From NCBI GenBank assembly GCA_023213395.1, contig CM041465.1:113653741-113717740 (forward strand): a stretch of 64,000 nt of DNA, given 5' to 3'. Below the pieces are notes generated by a model. It ran no database searches, was not told the DNA's origin, and saw only the letters and a program-made list of their open reading frames with translations. Origin of the DNA: Cycas panzhihuaensis. Lineage: Eukaryota > Plantae > Cycadophyta. Positions 50,843 to 64,000 of the stretch are shown in pieces (positions within the stretch are counted from its first letter, which is position 1; each line of letters starts with the position of its first letter). Made by a program: the position numbers and the translations under genes.

Positions 50843-53639
50843 ATAATCAATTTCTCTTGTTATTTAAAACCTCTTGCTATAAGGCGAGCTTTGTGAGTGT
50901 CATATTTTATAAGGCCTTTTAGTAGTTATGGGAGGAAGAACATCCATTAATAATTTTTATACCCATTATGATGTAGTTAAATGCTAGTGGCTTCCACAGG
51001 ATGGTCATCAACTAAAATTGGAGGTAAAGTTATACTTTCTTGAGTTGTTGATGTAGATGCTACCAGAATCGATGAAGGAGTTAGAGTGTGGGAGGAGGCT
51101 AGGATTGGTGGCTCCATATTTTATCCAAGAGTCACTTAAGATGCACAAACTTCTTCTACTACTATAATATAAGGTTGAGGTGGAGGTAGGTTCTATGAAT
51201 CTTCTATAAATATTATATACTGTGTTACATAAACTTGGTTCCTAACTTTATCAAATACTTTATAGGCTTTACAACTAAGTACATAGTTAAGGAAGATGCA
51301 TTTCAGGCTCTTGTCATCAAGCTTCTTTTTGTTGTCCTTTGAAATATATTTATATGCCATATGTCCAAAGATCTTCACGAGTGCTACCAAAGGTTTCTGA
51401 CCTGACCAAATTTCTTCAAGAGTAATATTCCTAACTACAATTCCATGACCTATGTTAGTTAGATAAGTAGTTATGATTACGACATCAACCCAAGATTTGG
51501 TGGTAAGATTTACAACACTAAGCATGGCTTTTCCTTTATTTATCAATGTCTAATTCATTCTTTTGACTACACCATTTTATTGAGGTGTGTTAGGAGTTGA
51601 GAACTGATGTTGAATGCCATGTTCCTTACCCAAAATGTTGAAGTAATTAGAAATATACTCAACATCATTATCAGATCTAAGGATCTTGATTATCTTTCTA
51701 CATTTCTTTTCTATGGAAGCTTTAAACTCTTTGAATTTATTTAGGGTTTCATAGTTATTTCTCAATAAACATACCCACATTTTCCTTGAGAAGTCATCTT
51801 TGAATGTGATGAAATGCTAGTTTCTATTAAGTGGTTAGATAGGTACCAACCTGTAAATATCTAGGTTGACCATCTCTAATGGTGCTGAGGATTTCCATGC
51901 ATTCTTATAAGGATATTTTTAGCTTTAGTGATTTTCTATTAAGCAAGCCTCACATATGTTGTTGTACCTCTTAATTTTATGTAAACCATGTACCATTTGG
52001 AGCTTAAACATGAGGTCCAAGCTTTGCATATTTAAATGACTTACGCGTTGATGTGATATGTGCTCTTTGGAGCTATTTGAGATGACAATTTCCTTTTAAT
52101 ATGAGAATTCACCTAGTTCTTATACACAAGGGGACTCTTCATTAATCACTTCATTTACCTTATCAATTTGAGCTATGTTGGGCATTGAACAAGATTCATT
52201 TTATGGAGTAGTGGTAAGGGGGGTACCACCCAACCTACTTAAGCCACAGTCTTCATGTCTTATAGCCACAAGTTTGCATGTTGCATAATCTGTGATTCTA
52301 CTAATGCCCTAGCTAAAGAGGACATGTAAATTCTGTTTGTTTATTTCATTAATAGAGAGCAAGTTCATCTCCATTTCAGGTGCAAGGAACATATTATTGA
52401 TGTGGTGCCTCATATTGGAGTCCTTCAATGCTATTGGAGCCCTACCAATTTTGGTCATTATCATAAGTTAAATTATCCCCAAATGTGATAGTTTAAGTAT
52501 CTATTGGGCAGGTCTCTTCGAATATTTTTTCTAATGTAATCATATATCTCGTTGCACTTGAGTCAAGGAGCCATGCATCGTCATCAAGATGTAAAGAAAG
52601 AGCTCCAAGGAATAGGTTATGGAAGGAGGAATCCTAATTATCTACCACATTACTTCCCTATTATTGATTATTATGTTGGTTCCTTTAATTTTTTATAGTG
52701 AATTATTAATTATTTTGAGGTCTTTCTCCTTGAGTGGGTCTCAGATTCCAATTATGTTGGTAGAATTAGCCTTATGGTTGGAATGACGGCCCTGTCTTAT
52801 TATTGAATAAGGCTTATTTATTAGAAATATGGGCCTCCTTGTTAAAAAATAAGACCTCGCTATTATAGAAAAGGGGCTCCTTGTAGAAGGCATGATCCTC
52901 CTTACTAATATCCTTATCTCTATTAAGAGTAACTAGGACCTCCTTACTGATAAGAGGCTGCTCCTTATTAGTAGATTAGGCCTAATTATTAATAATAAGA
53001 GTTAGCTTGCTGAATCTGAGTCCCATATGATTGGCTCCCTTAATTTTACAAGAGTTGTGAATCAACTTGTTATCTCTTGCATTCAATAACTAAGTGTCTT
53101 TTTTTATCATAGTAGTGGCAACTGACATTTGGTCTAACCTATTAATTCTTCTAAAGTTGTTCATATGGATGGTATTGAGACTGTTGGTGCCAATGACTTA
53201 GAGGGTAGGAGGAGGTGTCAATTGGTTATTACTTCCATTAGGTTGGTTGGTGATATGGCTCTTGGGATATAGTCAGAGAATCTAAGTGTTGAGTTAGATC
53301 TTAGTTTTGACTAAACTGTTGAGCTGATCTATTGATAGTCTTATGTTTTTCTGAGTTATGGGTTGTAAAGGTAAGAGCGGGATCAGATATAGATGTCACC
53401 CTAAGTCAGTTGAGTATATTCTCCTCTTGTAATAAGAGTTCCTCAAAGGGCATGAAGTCTATTTTGGAATAACTATCATGTAATTTGGAGACAAAGGAGT
53501 TATATTCAATGGGTAGGATGTTCATGATGCTAGAGATTAAATCACGATTTAAAAGTTGTTCATTAAGGATTATAAGTTAGTTTCTAATTATTTTCACTTC
53601 AATCAAGTGGTGTGTAACGTTTCCAAAAAGAGTATACCT
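50843..53639 (-). mobile_element. Array copia copy 6
   Basis: Duplicate of copy 4. Confidence 0.93.
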
Positions 53640-54020
53640 TTATCAAAACTTTGTGAATGTAAAGAAGCTAAATTCTAAAGTAAGGGCCACAATGGTAACT
53701 CATCCCTTGAAATGCTTCCATTGCACACATGAGTTCGTATTAGACTTTGAGAAAGAAATGGACATTTAAAAGGGTAGCCATAAACCATATTATTGAGATC
53801 AAGACACAAAATGTAATAATTAAGAAGCCAAAATATAAATAACCTTTATTATTAAGTAATAAAAATAAAGGAGACCTCAAAAGTAGAAGACTTTAAAAAG
53901 GAAGTCACAAGGTTAAAGTTATAAAGAAAGAAACCTCAAGTTACTAAGGAGTAGAAAAATAAAGGAATATAGGGGTAACGAACCCTAATTGAAGAAGAGG
54001 TGTGACATTTGTACTGATAT

Positions 54021-56994
54021 GACACGCCTAATCGATACTCAAATTATCACATTTGGGGATAATTTCACTTATGATAATGACCAAAATTGTTAGGGCTCCA
54101 ATATCCTTCAAGGACTCCAATATAAGGTACCACATCAATAATTTGTTCCTTGCACCTGAAATGGAGATGAACTTGCTCTCTATCAATAAAATAAACAAAC
54201 AAAATTTAGATGTCCTCTTTTGTTAAGGCATTAGTAGAATCATAGATCGTGCAACATGCAAACTTATGGCCATAAGACATGAAAAGAATGACTTATATAG
54301 GTTGGGTGGTATCCCCCTTACCACTACTCCATAAAATGAATCTTGTTCAATGCCCAAAACAACTCAAATTGATAAGGTAAATGAATTGATTAATGAAGAG
54401 TCCCCTTGTATATAAGAACCAAGTGAATTCTCATATTGAAAGGAAATTGTCATCTCAAATAGCTCCAAAAAACACCTATGGAATCAACCCTAAGTCATTT
54501 AAATATATAAAGCTTGGACCTCATGTTTAAGCTCCAGATGGTACATGGTTTATAGAAAATTAAGAGGTACAACAATATATGTGGAGCTTGCCTAATAGAA
54601 AAGCACTACAGAGAATAATTTACTTCTAAGAATGCATGGAGATCCTCAACACCATTACAGATGGTCCACGCATACATTTGCAGGTTCATACCTATCTAAC
54701 CACTAAATAAAAACTAGCATTTCATCACATTCATAGATGACTTCTTAAGGAAAATGTAGGTCCATTTCTTAAGAAATAAGTATAAAACCCCGAATAAATT
54801 CAAAGATTTCAAAGCTTCAATATAAAAGAAAAGTAGAAAGATAATCAAGCTCCTTAGATCTGATAATGGTGGTGAGTATATTTCTAGCAAGTTCAATATT
54901 TTGGGAAAGGAACATGGCATCCAACATCAGTTCTTAGCTCTCCACACACCTCAACAAAATGGTGTACTTAAAATAATGAATTAGACATTGATAAATAAAG
55001 GAAAAGCCATGCTTAGTGTTGCAAATCTTACCACTAGATCTTGGGTTGATGTCACAACCATAACTACTTATCTAACCGACATAAGTCCCAGAATTATAGA
55101 TAGGAATATTACTCTTGAAGAAGTTTGGTTAGGTCAAAAACCATCAATAGCACTCATGAAGATCTTTGGATGCATGGCATATAAATATATTTCAAAGGAC
55201 AACAAAAAGAAGCTTGATTATAGGAACTTGAAATGCATCTTCCTTAGCTATGTACTTGGTTGTAAAGCCTATAAAGTGTTTGACATGATTGGAAACCAAG
55301 TTTGTGCAACATAGGATATAATATTTATAGAAGATTCATAGGACCTACCTCCACCTTAACCTTATATTATAGCAATAGAAGAAGTTCGTGCATCTTAAGT
55401 GACTCTTGAATAAATTGTTGAGCCACCAATACTAGCATCCTCCTACACTCCAACTCCTTCATCGATTCCAGTAACATCTACATCAACAACTCAAGCAAGT
55501 ATAACCTTACCTTCAATTTTAGTTAATGACCTTCAAGTGGAAGCCACTAGCATTCAACTACCTCCTAATGGGTATAACAATTATCAATGGATATTCCTCC
55601 TCCCATAACTACTAAAAGGCCTTATAAAATATGGCACTCACAAAGCTTGCCTTATAGCAAAAGTTATTAAATAATAAGAGAGGATTGATTATGACGAGAC
55701 CTTTGCACCGATAGCCAACATGATCACATTCCATTTGGTTATGTTCTTAGCAATCTAATTTAATTAGCATATTTAGCAAATGGATGTGAAGGGTGCTTTC
55801 CTCAATGGAGACCTTAAAGAAGAGGTTTTCTTGAATCAACACCCTATCTATACTATTCTAGGATAAGAACACTAAGTATGTAGACTTAAAAAGCCATCTA
55901 TAGACTAAAAGAAGTACAATGTACATAGTGTTTAAAGATTGATTCTATCCTTAACTAGCATGGATTTAATTGTTTACCATATAACCTAGATCTTTACATT
56001 CGAGTTAGAGCTTATTTCACCACAATCATTGTTCTCTATGTAAATGATCTTGCAATCAATGACATTGACACAAATGGCCTTGCTTAGCTTCAATCATAAT
56101 TAAAATATAACTATGAGATGATAGATCTTAGGTTACTCCACTATTGCCTTAAACATTATGTTTGAAAAGAACTAAGACACATCTTCCTAACTCAAATAAA
56201 GTAGGTCAATGAGCTTTTAAAAATATTTAGGATGATAATATATAAAATAACACCAATGCCTATAGAGAAAGGAACTAAGCCAAACCTAGATAAATAAGGA
56301 AAGCCTTTTGATCCCACTTTATACCAACAACTAGTTGGAAGCCTCATCTATTTCACCCATACTCATATGGATATTTTATATGTAGCAAGGATCTATTCTA
56401 GGTACATGTCATAACCAAAAGTATCTCATTAGAAAGTCTCTACTAGGATTCTCAAATATATCCATGGCACACATCAGCTTAGCCTTAAGTATAACCAATC
56501 TAATTCCCCTATACTAAAGGGACATACAAATGCTAAATGGGTTGGTTGCCAAGACACTCAAAACTCAACTTCAGGTTATTATTTTGATGTAAATTTAGTT
56601 GTAATCTCATGGAGCTATAATAAGGAGCCAAGTGTTTCTATTTCCTCCATCAAAATAGAATATATAGCAATTATCTGTCATACAACTGAGTTTATTTATC
56701 TTAGAAGCATTCTTGCCGAACTTGGAATTCAACAACATGCACCTATCATCCCCTATTACCATAATCAAAGTGTATCAGAGATAGAATCCTATATTTTGTG
56801 ATAGAACCAAACACATTGAGGTTCATCATCACTTTATCCTTGAACATGTTTATAATGGAAAAGTTGATTTCATCTATCATCCAACTGAGGACTAGGTTGT
56901 GGACATCTTCACCAAAGCTCTTAGTAACTCAAAGTTTAAACAGTTTAGACATGAACTTAATATCAAAAGAAATGAAGCTCATATTAAGGGATGG
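54021..56994 (+). mobile_element. Array copia copy 7, inverted (protease to RNase H and PPT)
   Basis: Integrase ORF 54988-55314, RT and RNase H motifs, and PPT AAGGGATGG before TGTT. Confidence 0.94.
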
Positions 56995-57383
56995 TGTTAA
57001 AACCATGTAATAGCACTAATCATTTCTTATATTTCATATAATTTGTGCACATTGTATAATATTAACACAACCCTTTGTTATAATTTAATGTTATTATATA
57101 AACTAGTCAGGTCTACCTTATTTGTTACTTAGTCAGCCTATTGTATCTTTCAAATATTAGAAAGTTGGCTATAAATTAAGACCCACACCATTATATTATA
57201 CATTGGATTATGATTAATGTAGAAGCTCCTCCCAAATAGAGCTCTACATGGTGACAAATTCACTCGTACTTTGTCCATCTGAGTTATGCTTATTTATTGC
57301 ACACGTTTTATTACATAGTTATATTATTTTACTTAATATATTGATCAAAGAACATGATTTCTTAGATTCTAAAATATTTAACA
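56995..57383 (+). repeat. 3' LTR of the array copia
   Basis: TGTTAAA...TTTAACA termini. Confidence 0.9.
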
Positions 57384-59535
57384 CTACAGACATCCTTTAC
57401 AAGGAGTTCCTAACCAATTTCTAAACCTTGACCCATGCAAAGGTTTTTATACTTTGATAACTCTTAAGTAAGCTCTATTAACTTCCTTGTTTATATGTGT
57501 ATATAAATAGTACAAAATATATGCAAATTGTTTAAGTCATATTGATGGATATCTTATAATGTAATCATTCAATAACTCCCTAATAACCCTATAGAATTAT
57601 GAGGTAATTTTATGTATCTAAGTAAATTCCTTAAAATAGCACCATTGCATCATGCTTATCACTTTTACTTCCCAAAATGTTATGCTTACTAGTAACATTA
57701 CACATACCTAGCTACTAACTACCATATTACCTTGCATTACCTAATAGTTGTCATTTTGCTTAGTCTTTATAGATATCAATTTTAATAACCCTTATTATAT
57801 ACAAGTTAGTACCATTCTTGAATTTAACTCTCTTATAACCTTTGATTATGGTTAACCTTCAAACATTATATCTTTTACTATCATCTAGACAATCACTACT
57901 TAGATATCAAGATCATCGCATTTATGAAAATACCCTTAATACTCATTGAATTAATACTCCATGACTCTATTTCTAAAGTGTCTGCATTCATTGTATTCAC
58001 TTACACCGCCCACATACTTCTCATCCCCGCCTTGTTTCCCTACCAATTATTCTCATCTCATATTTATATGACAATATATTCAACATTTATAGCTCCATTT
58101 CCAAATATACCACGTGTATCTACCATACCTTTCACATTATCTTGTATCCCCCGTCTCTTGATCATCACTTTTGAAAACTATCATCCATGAATAAAAAAAT
58201 GATTAGCATTGTTAAATTTATCCATCCTTATATCTCAATTGATTCGTTATCATGATAACTAATGCTTTTTTCACATCTTCTCCAGTTTATGGTCAAGAAT
58301 CTATAATTCCCATTAAAAGTAAAATTCATTCCCTTTATTTACATATCTGCAACCAACTTTTGAATTTCATAGCATTTGAGACTTGGCTCATTAAGCTAGA
58401 AAAGGTTGGTGAAGATTGGTTGCATGACTTAAACGATTTAGAAGATATCAAAATGCAACCTAATTTAACATATGATCAAACTATTTTTCTTTCTTTCTTT
58501 TACCCTATTAAACTCATTTTTCTTTTTGACAAAGTTAATGATGAATTTACATCAATAAATTTCATTCTTGTTGGCACGGTACTTTTGCAATAATCAAGGT
58601 TGTCCATAATGGTTCATATCATGTTTCCATCATCTCTGATAAACCCCACAGTAATCCTTCTAGCATAATCCATCTCAAAAGTTGTATCCATAGATGGAAT
58701 TTCTAAATAACCATAGATTGAGTTCTTTATATTTTACGTTATTCATATTTATTATGATCTATTTGTTCTTGACTTTTTGTCATTAACACACCTTTTAAGT
58801 TTTTTCTAATTTCCATTAATAATATTTAAGAGAGCCTTAATTTTGAGTATGCAAGCTATCATTTGATACTATGTTATTGCCTGTGGTTTCTATCTTACAT
58901 TTCCATCATTATAGATACATTCTACTGGCAACATCCCATGTCCTTTATAAATAAGTACCTTTAACAATTACAAAATGAAGACATGGTGGTAGGATTTAAG
59001 ATAAGGTTCTAAAGCAAGGTGGAGTATGAACCCTTATAGTAAGCAAATGAGAGCATTAATGGTATGAAGCATCTTTATAAAATAATGAGTTGACTCACTT
59101 TAACATGCGTTATGCCAGTTTACTTAGTTGTGTCCTTAATGCGGTTCATTATGAAGTGTTCTAGTTTTTGGGGTGACGAGAAGTATTAGTAAGGGCATAC
59201 CGTCCAATAAAATTACTCCATGCTATCCTTCCCTAAGGGAAGAGGACAGGGAGGAGTTCTAAGCAGAGAGACGTACTAAATAAGGACATGCCTATGGTGT
59301 CTCTATGTGTTGTGGACCACCTCAGTTGTAACTCAATTGCATGGATACCTAGATCCATGTATAGTAGTAAGTTGTATAGGTAAGACATCACAATTATATT
59401 GTGTATAGAGGTGATTTAACTTATGGGTATTATTATTATGCGATTCAATAATTTTTACAAAGTATCTAGGATCAAAAATAATTCATTACACATGCCAAAA
59501 TAATTGCTTGGTTGACCTCTTGGAAGAGGTTTTAG
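57384..59535 (+). repeat. Tat-like pol remnant plus kinase upstream region (inverted copy of 31868-33919)
   Basis: ORF 57924-58190 matches 33114-33380. Integrase ORF at 58252-58593. The copy ends at GAGGTTTTAG, just before the position of the kinase ATG. Confidence 0.9.
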
Positions 59536-59555
59536 TTAGATCTAACACATTCGTA

Positions 59556-62456
59556 TTGGGCTCCAACAGCCTTTGACTCCAGTATGAGGCACCACATCAA
59601 TAATATGTTCCCTGCACCTAAAATAGAGATGAACCTGCTCTCTATCAATGAAATAAACAACTAGAATTTAGATGTCCTCTTTGGCTAGGGCATTAGTAGA
59701 ATCATAGATCATGCAACATGCAAACTCGTGGCCATAAGACTTGAATATGGTGGCTTATATAGGTTGGGTGGTATCCCCCTTCTGACTACTCCATGAAATG
59801 AATCTTGTTCAATGCCCAACACAACTTAGATTGAAAAGGTAAATGAAGTGATTAATGAAGAGTCCCTTTGTATATAAGAACCAAGTGAAGTCTTATATTG
59901 AAAGGAAATTGTAATCTCAAATAGCTCTAAAGAACACCTAAGGCATCAACCCTAAGTCATTTAAACATGCAAAGCTTAGACCTCATGTTTAAGCTTCAAA
60001 TGGTACATGGTTTACAGAAAATTAAGAGGTATAACAACATATGTGAGGCTTGCCTAATAAAAAGACACTAAATAAAAAAAGTTCCTTCTAAGAATGCATG
60101 GGGATCCTTATCGCCATTAGAGATGGTCCACTTAGACATTTGGGGGTTGGTACCCATCTAACCACTCAATAAAAACTGGCATTTCATCACATTTATAGAT
60201 GACTTCTCAAGGAAAATGTGGGTCTATTTCTTGATAAATAAGTATAAAACCCTAAATAAATTCAAAGAGTTCAAAGCCTCCATAGAAAGGAAAAGTAGAA
60301 AGATAATTAAACTCCTTATATCTTATAATGGTGGTGAGTATCTTTCTAATCAATTCAATATTTTGGGCAAGGAACATGGCACCCAACATTAGTTCTTAGC
60401 TCCCCACACACCTCAACAAAATGGTGTACTCAAAAGAATGAATTAGACATTGATAAATAAAGGAAAAACCATGCTTAGTGTTATAAATCTTAGAACCAGA
60501 TCTTGGTTTGATGCCATAACCATAACTACTTATCTAACCAACATAAGTCCCATAATTACAGTTAGGAATATTACTCTTGAAGAAGTTTGATTAGGTCAGA
60601 AACCATCGGTAGCACTCGTGAAGATCTTTGGATGCATGGCATATAAATATGTTTCAAAGGACAATAAAAAGAAGCTTGATGACAAGAGCCTGAAATGCAT
60701 CTTCCTTAACTATGTACTTGGTTGTAAATCCTATAAAGTGTTTGACATGGTTGGGAATCTAGTTTATGCAACACAGGATATAATATTTATAGAAGGTTCA
60801 TAGGACCTACCTCCACCTCAACCTTATATTAGAGCAGTAGAAGAAGTTTGTGCATCTTAAGTGACTCTTGGACAAATTTGGAGCCACCAATACTAGCCTC
60901 CTCCTACACTCTAGCTCCTTTATCAATTCTAGTAGCATCTACATCCACAACTCAAGAAAGTATAACTTTACTTCAAATTTTAGTTGATGACCTTCAGGTT
61001 GAAGCCACTAGTATTCAACTACCTCCTAATGGGTATGACAATTATTAATGGATGTTCCTCCTCCCACAACTACTAAAAGGCCTTACAAAATATAACATTC
61101 ATAAAGCTTGCCTTATAGCAAGAGGTTTTAAATAACAAGAGGGGATCGGTTATGATGAGACCTTTGCACTGGTAGCCAACATGATCATATTACATTTGGT
61201 TATATCCTTAGCAATCTAATTTAATTGGCATATTTAGCAAATGGATGTGAAGGGTGTTTTCCTCAATAGAGACCTTAAAGAAGAGGTTTCCTTGAAATAA
61301 CACCCCATTTATACTATTCCAAGATAAGAACAGTGAGTATGTAGACTCGAAAAAACCATCTATAGACTGAAACAAGCACAATGTACCTGGTGTATAAAGA
61401 TTGATGATGTCCTTAACTAGCATAGATTTAATTGTTCATCATATGACCTAGATCTCTACAATTAGGTTAGAGATAATTTGACCGCAATCATTATTCTCTT
61501 TGTAGATGATCTTGCAATCATTGACAATGATACAGATGGCCCTGCTTAGCTTCAATCATAACTAAAATGTAACTTTGAGATGATAGATCTTAGGTTATTC
61601 CACTACTTCCTTGAACATTATGCTTGACAAGAACTAAGATACATCTTCCTAACTCAAACAAAGTATGTCAATGAGCTTCTAAAAATATTCAAGATAACAA
61701 CATATAAAATAGCACCAATTCCTATGGAGAAAGGAACTAAGCCAAACCTAGACAAATAAGGAAAGCCTTTTGATGCCACTTTATACCGACAATTGGTTGG
61801 AAGCCTCATCTATTTCACCCATACTCATATGGATATTTTATATGTAGTAGTGATCTATTCTAGGTATATGTCATAACCAAAAGTATCTCATTAGAAACTC
61901 TCTACTAGGATTCTCAAATATATCCATGGCACACATGAGTTTGGCCTTAAGTATAACCAAACTAATTTACCTATACTAAAGGGACGTATAAATGTTGAAT
62001 GGGCATGTTGCCAAGACACTCATAACTCAACTTTAGGTTATTATTCTAATATAAATTTAGATGTAATTTCATGGAGCTGTAATAAGCAGCCAAGTGTTTC
62101 TATTTCCTCCATCAAAATAGAATATAAAGTAGTTGTCCATCATACAACTAAGTTTATTTATCTTAGAAGCATTCTTGCCAAACTTGGACTTCAACAACAT
62201 GTACCCATCATCCTCTATTACCACAGTCAAAGTGTATTAGAGATGGAATCCTATATTTCATGATAGAACCAAACACATTGAGGTCCATCATCACTTCATC
62301 CATGAACATGTTTAGAATGAAGAAGTTGATTTCAACTATCATCTAACTGAGGACCAGGTTGTGGACATCTTCACCAAATCTCTTAGTAAATTGAAGTTTA
62401 AATAGTTTAGACATGACTTTAGTATAAGATGAAATGAAGCTCCTATTAAGGGATGG
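59556..62456 (+). mobile_element. Array copia copy 8 (protease to RNase H and PPT)
   Basis: Direct repeat of copy 7 at ~5.46 kb period. Contains LFVDDL and TKHIEVHHHFIHE motifs. Confidence 0.94.
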
Positions 62457-62842
62457 TATTAAAACCATGTAATAGCACCCATCATTTCTTATATTTTATA
62501 TAATTTGTGCACATTGTATAATATTAAGGTGACCCTTTGTTATAATTTAATGTTATATAAACTAGTCAGTTCTGCCATATTTGTTGCTTAGTCAACCTAT
62601 TGTATCTTTCAAATATTGGCAAGTTGCCTATAAATTAAGACTTACACCATTGTATTATACATTGGATTATGATTAATGTATAAGCTCGTCCTAAATAGAG
62701 CTCTACATGGTGACAAATTCACCCATACTTTGTCCATCTAAGTTATGCGTATTTATTTCACACATTTTATTGTATAGTTATAATATTTTACTTAATATAT
62801 TGATCAAAGCACATGATTTCTTAGATTCTAAACTATTTAACA
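62457..62842 (+). repeat. 3' LTR of the array copia
   Basis: T(A)TTAAA...TTTAACA termini, with the same downstream flank as the other two copies. Confidence 0.88.
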
Positions 62843-64000
62843 CTAGAGACGTCCTTTGCAAGGAGTTCCTTAATAATTTCTAAACCTTGACCCATGCAAA
62901 GCTTTTTATACTTTGGTAACTCTTAGGTAATCTCTATTAACTTCCTTGTTTATGTGTGTATATAAATAATGCAAAATTAATGTAAATTGTTTAAGTCACA
63001 TTGATGGAGATCTTACAATGTAATCATTCATTAATTCCATACCAACCCCATAGAATTATGAGGTAATTGTATCTATCTAAGTAAATGCCTTAAATAGCAC
63101 CATTGCATCATGCTTATCACTTTTAGTTCCCATAATGTTATGCTTACTAGTAACATTACACACACCTAGCTACTAACTACCATATTACCTTGTATTACCT
63201 AATAGTTGTCATTTTGTTTAGTCTTTATAGATATCAATTTTAATAACCCTTATCATATACAAGTTAGTACCATTCTTGAATTTAACTCTCTTATAACCTT
63301 TGATTATGGTTAACCTCCTAACATTATTTCTTTTATTGTCATCTAGACAATCACTACTTGCATATCAAGATCATCACATTTATGAAAATACCCTTAATAC
63401 TCATTGAATTAATACTCCATGACTCTATTTCTAAACTGCCCACATTCATTGTGTCCACTTACACTGCCCATATACTTCTCATCCCCACCTTATTTCCCTA
63501 CCAATTATTCTCATCTCATATTTAGATGACAATATATTCAACATTTGTAGCTTCATTGCCAAATATACCATGTGTATCTACCTTACCTTTCACATTGTAT
63601 TGTATCACCCTTCTCTTGATTATCACTTTTGAAGACTATCATCCATGAATACAAAAATTATTAGTATTCTTAAATTTATCTGTCCTTATATCTCAATTGA
63701 TCCATTGTCATGATAACTAATGGATTTGTCACATCTTCTCTAGTTTATAGGCAAGAATCTATAATTCCCATTAAAAGTAAAATCCATTCCCTTTATTTAC
63801 ATATCTATAACTAACTTTTGAATTGCATAGCATTTGAGACTTGGCTTATTAAGCTAGAAAAGGTTGGTGAAGATTGCCTACGTGACTTAAACAATCTAGA
63901 AGATATCAAGATGTAACCTAATTTAACATATGATTAAACTTTTTTTTTTTCATTCTTTTACCCTATTGAACTCATTTTTCTTATTGACAAAGTTAATAAT
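62843..64000 (+). mobile_element. Tat-like pol remnant, third copy (runs off the window)
   Basis: Direct repeat of 57384-58540. Confidence 0.8.

Larger units (their letters stand above)
43867..56098. repeat. Near-identical ~6.1 kb tandem duplication (43867-49981 / 49982-56098)
   Basis: Identical ORFs at 45462 and 51577 (offset 6115), and near-identical ORFs at 48871 and 54988 (offset 6117). Confidence 0.95.

Noticed and set aside
26522-62842. Recent burst of independent copia insertions
   Set aside because: Shared truncation points and flanks, no 5' LTRs and no individual TSDs indicate segmental duplication instead.

Overview
This is AT-rich eukaryotic DNA from a plant. The retroelement types and the heavy C-to-T decay suggest a large gymnosperm-like genome (inference). 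I found no intact protein-coding gene, tRNA, rRNA or CRISPR array. Positions 1-26.5 kb hold nested, decayed LTR retrotransposons: two Ty1/copia remnants, a Ty3/gypsy remnant, a full-boundary gypsy element (9485-19057, TSD GATAT) with a 2.7 kb solo LTR in its integrase (TSD CAATC), and a 180 bp fold-back insertion. Positions 26.5-64 kb are one complex array built from a single ancestral composite locus. Its modules are a 5'-truncated copia, a gypsy gag fragment, a ~270 bp LTR-like box, an intronless LAMMER (AFC/CLK-type) kinase retrocopy, the kinase's upstream region (TATA box and candidate 5'-UTR intron), and a Tat-like pol remnant. The locus was amplified by tandem duplication, deletion and inversion, leaving one near-full kinase pseudogene and three C-terminal kinase fragments fused to copia RT. 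The most interesting hypothesis is that the kinase is host-gene cargo captured downstream of pol in a Tat-type retroelement. All coordinates and alignments were read by eye, and internal boundaries are approximate.
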